Of a stretch of 64,000 bases of DNA, positions 55,236 to 64,000 are shown in pieces. The stretch lies in assembly GCF_006345805.1 (NCBI RefSeq), contig NC_042997.1, forward strand, positions 124,372,001 to 124,436,000, written 5' to 3'. A program made the translations under genes and the position numbers. Under the pieces are notes generated by a model, which had not been told where the DNA came from, did no database searches, and saw nothing but the letters and a program-made list of their open reading frames with translations. The stretch's first letter is position 1. Each line of letters begins with the position of its first letter. This stretch comes from Octopus sinensis (Eukaryota).

Positions 55236-55561
55236 GATATTATTATAATATCAATACTAATATAAAGGCAGAAAAGTGGCAGAAATTTTTAGTATACTGA
55301 GCAAAATGATTAACAACATTTCGTCCGTATTCACGACTGGAGTTGAAATTCCCCCGAGGTCGACTCTGCCGTTCATCTCTTCGAGATCGATAAAATAATT
55401 GTCTGCTTGTAACCATATATATATGCTGTTGGGTTTTTAGGGGGTTTCTGTGTGTGTGTATGTGTGTGTGTGTGTGTGTGTGTGGTACAGTCATATATGA
55501 GTATAAATATATGTGCATATACACACACACACACACACATACACACACACTCATATATATA

Positions 55562-55705
55562 TATAAGATTAATCAGCCGAAATTACTACGATGATCCGGT
55601 TCTTGACGGAAGACTGAGGGCTTCGAATGTCCTGTCTGTGTTTGTTGTATCGTCTTCTAAGTTTTTATGCGTTCTTGTCTCAGTTTGTATTTTTCTACAT
55701 ATCAT
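55562..55705. mobile_element. Inverted homolog of 52570-52700
   Basis: agattaatcagccgaaatt...ttcttgac...gactgag.gcttcgaa.gtcc.gtctgtgt is the reverse complement of 52620-52700. Confidence 0.75.
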
Positions 55706-55761
55706 AATATATATATATATATATGCATATAGATAGATAGATAGATAGACAGATAGACAGA

Positions 55762-55794
<33 letters not shown>

Positions 55795-56355
55795 TGTGTT
55801 AGCATGTGTGTAACCATGTAGTCCTTTACAACTTTTTGAATGGTTGGATCATTGTTAACTAAATCGGTTCCTCCACCATAGGTGCCTAGTGAGGAGAAAT
55901 GCTAGAAACCCTGCGGAACAACATATAATGCCCTTCAAAAGGACAGATGAAATCAAAAGTAGGCTCAACGACTATGTAGTAATTAAATAAAAACATACAA
56001 TTACATGTCCTGGAGAACGGTCGCACTACACAACCCACCTCGGAATACTCATGGAACCCCTAATTCTTGTTATAAAATTTGTCTGGGAGAAGAATAATTT
56101 TATGCAAAACCCGACTCTCTGCTCGTCGGAGTCAATGTTGGGCCAATATGAGGGAAGATCTATCTGGAAATTGGCTGTATTTCTATGCACGCTTTGCTCA
56201 ATACAATCAGTTTCACAAGTTGTAACTTCTTCGAAAAGAGACTGGATTTCTAACAGATCATCGGTACGTTCATCATACCATGCACGTATGTACGCATTTT
56301 TAAACACACATATATACACGCATATTATGCATGAGTATCTGTTATTCTGTAACAT

Positions 56356-56523
56356 AGGCGTAGGAGTGGCTGTGTGGTAAGTAGCTTGCTTACGAACCAC
56401 ATGGTTCCGGGTACAGTCCCACTGCGTAGCACCTTGGAAAAGTGTCTTCTACTATAGCCTCGGGCCGACCAAAGCCTTGTGAGTGGATTTGGTAGACGGA
56501 AACTGAAAGAAGTCCGTCGTATA

Positions 56524-56556
<33 letters not shown>

Positions 56557-56770
56557 GTATGTGTGTCTGTGTTTGTCCCCCACAACATCGCTTGACAACC
56601 GATGCTGTTGTGTTTATGTCCCCGTAACTTAGCGGTTCGGCAAAAGTACCGATAGAACAAGTACTAGGCTTACAAAGAATAAGTCCTGGGGTCGATTTGC
56701 TCGACTAAAGGCTTTGCTCCAGCATGACCACAGTCAAATGACTGAAACAAGTAAAAGAGTAAAAGAGTAA
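56356..56770 (+). mobile_element. Full-length type A SINE
   Basis: A and B boxes, CORE-like motif and (AAAAGAGT)n tail; near-identical to the 35901 copy. Confidence 0.93.
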
Positions 56771-56959
56771 GCATTTTCAACATTGAATTCTATTAAACAT
56801 TTAAAGTCAAAAGCAGCTTTAGACTTTACTTGTATTATAATTTGTTTTCATTGGCAACGTCTAAAGGTTACAAATGTAAACTCTTAACATTCATTGTGTT
56901 GTTAGACATCATTTATCTTTTTGTATTATATCCACAATATTGTCTTTAGACGTTATCTC

Positions 56960-57290
56960 ATTTATCATGACAAACTGTATCGAGAGGCAAATATTAGCTC
57001 TCCGTAACTGTAGGCTACAATCTCAGTTGGCTGGTCATGTTTGTTCATTTGAATAACACACAGCTTAGTAATGGAACTATACGGGGAATGCCAGTGGTGG
57101 GTACTACCGGAAATGTTGAGCTTTAGATAAATATTATGATTCTGTTTGGTGCTGCTTCTCTGTTGAGAAAGAATTGTCGAACGGATATACCAGTTGTCTA
57201 AGCTTGTAGAGGTCATGATCTTCAATATATTTTCAAGCATTTCGTTATATAAAATTAATAATGCTTCGCTCTGCAGACGCAGTTCCATAC
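56960..57290 (-). pseudogene. Possible highly degraded Tc1/mariner DDD/E transposase fragment
   Basis: LYNEMLENIL followed by a QQ..S motif resembling Y..ML...L / FQQDGA. Weak. Confidence 0.3.
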
Positions 57291-57727
57291 AAGAATTTGT
57301 AGCATGCTATACGTAGTCGGGAAATTAGTAGGACTAAAATTTTATCGAACTAGTTATCTTTTATGTATTGCTGTCGTTTTTACAAGACGTATATACATTG
57401 CTACACATGCCATTTAAACTTTTACATTCTCCTATATAAATTACCATGGTACACAAGCAACAGTGTTATTGATTACGAATATTTGCCGCGATACACAAGT
57501 AACAATGTTACGAACTACGCCTATTTGCTCTTAACTCAGTAATTATAGATACATAGAATCGAATATGTTGCAGTGGGGCATTAGTAGAAATATTTTGAAT
57601 ATGCAATTATAGATTAAAGTTTAGAAGTTTATGCTAATATACTAATAACGAGAACGAATTGAATGACAAACTGTGTGTGATGTTTTTTTTTATGAGCTCT
57701 TCATGCAAACACACACACACACACACA

Positions 57728-57769
<42 letters not shown>

Positions 57770-57819
57770 GCACGCACATACACAAACATATACATATACA
57801 CATCTATATATATATATAT

Positions 57820-57967
57820 AGGGAGAATTCACAAAAAAACAAAAGATGAAGACAAGTGGTATCGACATCAAACAGATAGATGTGTTAGTATAACGCTCGG
57901 GAATTGCAAAAGTCTTTAACGTTTCGAGCCGTACGCTCTTCCAAGGAGAGAAAATATAGAATATGTA
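57820..57967 (-). mobile_element. Family A repeat interrupted by the RTE insertion (remainder at 59179-59265)
   Basis: gggagaattcacaaaaaaacaaaagatgaagacaagtgg...aacgtttcgagccgtacgctcttcc; the family tail (gtggctagcgatctatcat) resumes after the LINE. Confidence 0.72.
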
Positions 57968-59178
57968 ATGTTCGTCCTTCGGGTTCGAAGATGACCATTG
58001 ACATCATTTGGTGGAATTGCTGCTATGAGACCGGAGGTGGCTGGTGAGGCCAATCCGGGCAAGGAAGCCCCTCCCACAGGTGGGGCAGAAGTGGGTAGGG
58101 GCTGTGCTATTGGTGCAGGTGGCTCTGGCTCTGGCTTTCCGCATCTGGCATTTCTGTTCGGCTGACTGAATCCGTCTCTCCTAGGCTGTCTTTGCTCCTG
58201 TGGTGATTGCGCTGCGCCAGGATGAGCGGTCGGCAGCAAGTGTCTCCCAAGTCTCTGTGCCGATGGAGAAGTCTTTGAGAGAGACTTTGAGACTGTCCTT
58301 GAAGCGCTTCTTCTGCCCTCCGACTTTGCGTTTGCCCTGGCTGAGTTCACCGTAGAAGAGCTGTTTTGGGATGCGAGTGTCGGACATGCGGGAGACGTGG
58401 CCCGCCCATCTCAGCTGGGCCTTGCGCATGATCGTGATGGTGCTAGGGAGATCTGCCTGCTTCAGAACTTCCGTGTCTGGGACTTTGTCCTGCCAGCGGA
58501 TGTGAAGGAGGTTCCGAAGACACCTGAGTGGAAGTGGTTTATCTGGCGCTCGTGCCTTCGGTAAGCAGTCCACGTCTCGCAGCCGTATAGTAGGGTGGTA
58601 AGCACGACTGCCCGGTAGACTTTCAGCTTGGTGTTGAGGCTGATTCCTCTCCGCTCCCAGACTTTCTTTCGCAGTCTCCCAAACGCGCTGCTTGCCTTGG
58701 AGATTCTGTTGATGATTTCAGCATCTATGTTGGCATTGCAGGAAAGAGTGCTGCCCAGGTAGGTGAAGTTTTCCACCGCTCGTAGGATCCGTCCGTTCAC
58801 CTTTATCTGAGGCTCATGGTATTGTTTGCCGGGGGCTGGCTGAAACATCACTTCGGTTTTCTTGGCACTGATGGTGAGACCGAAGTTGTCACAGGCTGAT
58901 GAGAACCTGTCCATCCCGAGCTGCATCTCCTGCTCAACGATTGTATTAAGGGCGCAGTCGTCAGCAAAGAGAAAGTCTCTGACGACTGTCTCCCTTACCT
59001 TTGTGACGGCCTGCAATCTTCTGGAGTTGAAAAGTTTCCCGTCCGTCCTGTACTTGATGTCGATACCGGACTTGCAGTCCCTGAAGGCGTCGGACAGCAT
59101 TGCCGAGAACATGATGCTGAACAGTGTTGGGGCCAGGACACAGCCCTGCCTGACTCCGTTGGTCACCTGGAAGGCTTC
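57968..59178 (-). mobile_element. 5'-truncated RTE-clade LINE (RT C-terminal half + C2H2 finger) with TSD
   Basis: GVRQGCVLAPTLF, FLFADDCAL, FTYLGS, LLYGCETW, QLRWAGHVSRM, CPTC...LTSHLRSH; frameshift near 58530; 3' UTR gtcatcttcgaacccgaaggacgaac; TSD AGAATATGTA at 57958-57967 and 59179-59188. Confidence 0.96.
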
Positions 59179-59349
59179 AGAATATGTAGTGGCTAGCGAT
59201 CTATCATGGCGAAGGCCGGACAGAAGGTTCATACAGGAGATCTGGGGAGAAGGGGAGATAACAAAGTATAAACATATATATATGCTTTCGGTGCGAATGG
59301 TTTTGTTATACGGTGCTGTATTTTACAATCCTGTAAATAATAATAATAA

Positions 59350-59712
59350 TGATATTTTTATATAAGCTAAAAGCGATCACCGTGCAATGATTAAGGAAAC
59401 TAGTCTAATACAGGAATTTAAAATACCGAAATGTATAAGAAAAAATATTCGTACCGAAAGCATATAGAAAGAATGTTTACATAAAAACAAATACGAACTA
59501 ATATAGTACTTAAATCTAACAGAAACAGGGCGGCTAATTCGCTGGTGTTAAGGTAACACACTTAGTCGCGTTAACAGAGAGATGTGGGTTAGAGTTCTAC
59601 ACGGATAGGAAAGCCTTTTTTCTGTCGAAGGCTTAAATGCCCCCTTATTAGACCATTTTCCTTATTCATTGCACGGTGATCGCCATAAACTTTAAGCTTG
59701 CATAAAAATACC

Positions 59713-59713
<1 letters not shown>
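59350..59713. mobile_element. Inverted-repeat-bounded element carrying an internal tRNA-like sequence
   Basis: ~60-bp IRs (59350-59410 / 59646-59713; core GCGATCACCGTGCAATGA). Internal D-arm GTGTT AAGGT AACAC and T-arm GTGGG TTAGAGT TCTAC at ~59545-59600. Confidence 0.7.
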
Positions 59714-59755
<42 letters not shown>

Positions 59756-59814
59756 TCCCTTATGTATATATACTTTATGTATGTATATGAATATATCAAT
59801 TACGTTTTAATTCA

Positions 59815-60163
59815 ATCAGTAATTAGTCTGCGGCCATGCTGGGGCACCACGTTCAAAAATTTTACTTGAATAAATCCATACTAGTATCTATTTTTTTAAA
59901 GCCTACTTTTCATTCCATTGGTCTCTTTTGGAGAACTCCAAGATTACAGAAACATAAGCACACAAGGATCGGTTCTCAAGCGGTGGCGGGTACAGACACA
60001 CAAATATTTACAACGAGCTTTTTTAATTTCTACCTACCAAGTATTTACGCAAAGCTTATGTCGGCCCGAAGCTGTAGTAGAAATGACTTGCCCAAGATGC
60101 CACACAGTGGGACTGAATCCGGAAACATGTGGTTGGGAAGCAAACTCCTTACCACACAGCCAC
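59815..60163 (-). mobile_element. Older type A SINE
   Basis: Minus strand: gtggctgtgtggtaagg...ggattcagtcccactgtgtggcatcttgggcaagt. Confidence 0.85.
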
Positions 60164-60164
60164 G

Positions 60165-60276
<112 letters not shown>

Positions 60277-60961
60277 ATATCAGTACGATAAAAACGATAT
60301 AAGCATAGCAGTTTATGAAAATTATTTCCAGCTTACGATGACATTTTGAAATGAATCTGCCATTCTTTTAACAGAAAACAAAACAAAAAGTAATAGTCAA
60401 AGCAATAAATGATTAAAGAACCGGTGTTAAATATTATAAATTTATTCAACTATGGAGTCTATCTTAAGCTACTACTGAGGTGTAATATTTGCTAAATCAA
60501 CCATAATTACTTTCAAATAATTTTTTCTTTGATCGTGTGTCACTGAAGGCTTCATATATGTACATAATTTCATCTCCATGTAAATACGAGAAAGAAATAT
60601 ATGTCCAGGATTTAAAAAACAGGCACATCTATTTCAATTAATATGTGCACTTGAACGAGATTCAGTCATCTTTTCCGCAACATTATTAAATTATATTTCC
60701 TTGTATCTCTGAACTCAGTAATTTGATATCATATTAATTTTATCGAGACTACCCTTGAAATTCTTCATATAAATATTATTATTTAAATAAAACTTATTTG
60801 CCATTTGATCTCTTAGCTAAATTCAGATACTCATGTTTCCTCAAATGTTAAGTTTTACAATAAAAGCCGCAAGTTTGAAAATTATGATCTGCCTATATAT
60901 ATATATATATTATTTATTTATTTATTTACTTATATATACATATATAACTTACTATTTACCA

Positions 60962-60998
<37 letters not shown>

Positions 60999-61182
60999 TT
61001 TGAAAATAAGTTTCTGGTTTGGATGCCACCCAGTACGAAAAGTACATGGGTATGGAATCTTATAATTATGAAGTGGTTTGAAATATATTTCCGTGTCCAG
61101 GCTTAAGTGCTAAAATATATTTTTCACATACACCAAATCTGTATTCAGTACTTATTATTTATATATAAATTAACGTACGTAC

Positions 61183-61184
<2 letters not shown>

Positions 61185-61213
<29 letters not shown>

Positions 61214-61280
61214 TGTATGTATGTATGTATGTATGTATGTATGCATGTATGTATGTATGTATGTATGTATGTATGTATGT
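61185..61280 (+). repeat. (TATG)n microsatellite
   Basis: Read directly from the sequence. Confidence 0.95.
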
Positions 61281-63805
61281 ATTAATGTATGTGCCCATGT
61301 ATGTATACCTTTGACTAAGTTAATATGAAGAAAATGATTGTCTCATCTAATTTATTTAATGTTTATGTAACGGTATTGATTGAACTTGCATGCATCTTTA
61401 CCAATCAGATTTGAAATCTGCATCTAACCGTTTCAATTAACATACACTGTTAATAACGGATCAAAACAGATACCAGTAAGGTACTCTCGTATATTCTCCC
61501 CGATAAAATTTCAATCTTTTGATTATATAAGAAATTAATATATGATAAAACTGATAAAAAGTGTATAATGAAATTGCCGAGAGTAGAGGGATATGGAACT
61601 TTTCGGAAAATGTTTCTTCTGCAGGTAAAATTTGAGAGAATAGAACATCACCAGCCTCTTTAAAAACATATTATAGCCTGATATAATACTTATACTGTTT
61701 ATCTAAATCAACGATCATTTACTCATTACTATTGTCTTTATTCTGTTATTAAATTTTCTCTGTAGTCATTCGGTCATCAGTATTCGACTGAACTTTGATC
61801 CAGTACAGTATAGCAACGCCTTTACATATTTATCGTTTATATACTGCCTATTTCTGTAGCTTTATTCCTACGTGAATAATACTGATAGTTACAACACATC
61901 TATAGTTGCAGGAAAGAAACTTCGACACTTTGGTTAGTAGTTTAAAATACTTTAAACTCCGAATGATATGATTCAACGATTTGGGATATATGAAATAACA
62001 ATTATGATGGAAAACTTAAACATATTTAACTATAGCATTCTGAAATCTTGAAATGAAGACACCTCAGAGAAAAGACATTTCTAAAGAATGCCAATACAAA
62101 CTGCTTCCTTTTCACAAACGGGGATGAGTTACAATTTGAATGGCAGTCTCATTTCTCATACTTTGCACATGATGGGCAATGAGATGTTACAAATAACAAT
62201 TGTAGGAATGAATTGATTTTCTTCAATATAATTAATATATTGTGAAGAAATCTCACCTCTGCCGTCACTAAAGGCAAATGTACATTGATTTAAACGTGTC
62301 GACGTTATTTCGTGTTGCGTATATGTTATAAGCATTCAAACATGGGGATATGTTTTCAATGTAGAAAGTGTAAACAGAATGAGCCTCTTGATGGTGATAA
62401 ATAACAATATCATAATTCCACGTAAGTAAATTCTGATTCTGGAATATGAAAAATACACTGAGTTGAATAGCAAAATTTCTTAAATGATCGGTCTTTTAAT
62501 GCGAAGATCATGTAATTTCCCAAAAGGTGTATGAAGAAATATATAACGATGTTATATTGTATATAATGTAACATATTGCATACATCGCTAAATAGTTTAC
62601 GATCTGCTGAGTATTCTATGAACTACCGAACGGTGCATATAATTTGGAAACAATCTGCATTTCATATTATATGTACTAGTAGCTAGTTATCAAATATAGC
62701 GTTTTGGGTTTTCTTTAGTTATTCCTTGCTGTAGTACACATCAATCTGTTCACACCCGTCATGTTCTTGTTCTTTAACTTTTATGAGGTATATTTTTTTC
62801 TGTCAGATTTTGCAATATGCTGAACCGTCTATCTGTACTTGAAAGAAAGAGGAACTGGACGGAAACGCTCCCGGAAACTTAAATTTTGATATCTTACATC
62901 AGTAATTCCCTTTCTAAAATGAATGCAGGCCGCTGGATTACACCGATTATCTATTAAGCATTCAATGATTTATGGATTATTTAAGTCATATGTATTTTCT
63001 AATATATCGAACGATTTGTTTGATTTAGCTCTTTCAAAATGCCCATGCTTTTAAAACAAAACTTTACCCTCAGGCTCATAAATATAGTCCCAGATACAGT
63101 GTATGAACAGCTACATTCATATCTGGTACATATCATATCTGACTTTGCTGTCAGAAATCAAAATTATTTCCCCTGCCACACTGAATCTAGTATTTTATTC
63201 ACGTTTTAGAAAACATAGGTAATTAATCATATTAAGAAAGACTCTTCTCATCATTTCTAACATATAAGCATTCAAGAATTTGAATATTTTCTTCTAATAT
63301 TTTAAACAAAAGCAGATAAGAAGCCATTTATTTAACGAAATTATTTATAAAATAAGGCGCGAGATCTGTTTTCAGTGATAAACGATGTTTAAATTTGCAA
63401 ATCTGTCAGCTTCAGTAAAAGTGTTATTCGTAAAATTTTCTATTTGCAAAATTACTTTTTAATTGACATCCAACGACGAATACAGCTATAGCATAACACT
63501 TCCAACAGATTGTATCATAGGAATTGAAATTGCAATTTGATTTTCTAAACGCCGATAAAACTTAATTGCAGTGCACTTTTAATTGACTACACATGCAGAT
63601 TGAGAGCCATTACGTATTGGCATGTAATCTTTCAAGCTTGCCTTTTACCGCCACATTCGATACACTTGTACATTCATCAAACTGTATAATTCCATGCATT
63701 GAAACGATTTATAAGAAGCAAATAGGAAAACCATCTAAATGTTTCAAATGATATTTTGGGGTAAGTGTGCAAGCCTATCTATCAATATTTATGTACACGT
63801 AATAT

Positions 63806-63849
<44 letters not shown>

Positions 63850-64000
63850 AATTAATTGTTATATATGCATATATTTGTGTATATAATATATTTATAGTTA
63901 TATTAATAATCCATGAATGAAATTTATAAATATTTTAATGTATCGCTACACGTATTTCAACAAATCCCATGATGGTTGCGATCATAATCCGTATTTCTTA

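Noticed and set aside
56026-56290. Mariner C-terminal remnant (PSYWPNIDSD ~ PPYSPDLAPSD)
   Set aside because: Similarity is too weak to call by eye; it needs an HMM search.

Overview
AT-rich, microsatellite- and transposon-saturated eukaryotic DNA. The SINE and microsatellite landscape suggests a coleoid cephalopod (Octopus-like); this is an inference. The only host gene is an AMPA-like ionotropic glutamate receptor on the minus strand. Two consecutive exons are visible: the M3/SYTANLAAF exon (52149-51951) and the S2 ligand-binding exon (12759-12515), separated by a 39,191-nt phase-0 GT-AG intron. The flanking exons were not found in the window. The introns hold tRNA-derived SINEs of at least three kinds, a young 5'-truncated RTE LINE with a TSD, RT-less remnants of HERO-like and Dong/R4-like elements, Tc1 and pogo fossils, and a Merlin-like palindromic MITE with an 8-bp TSD. 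The most notable signals are: (i) about ten hammerhead-ribozyme-like motifs, most in a (TA)n-associated short repeat family with a recurrent non-canonical CUGUNGA core and palindromic stem III; (ii) a permuted, possibly pseudoknotted hammerhead-like motif in the HERO 3' UTR; (iii) long near-perfect fold-backs in the receptor pre-mRNA, together with several codons where A-to-I editing would restore the AMPA consensus. All calls were made by eye; no searches or folding programs were run.
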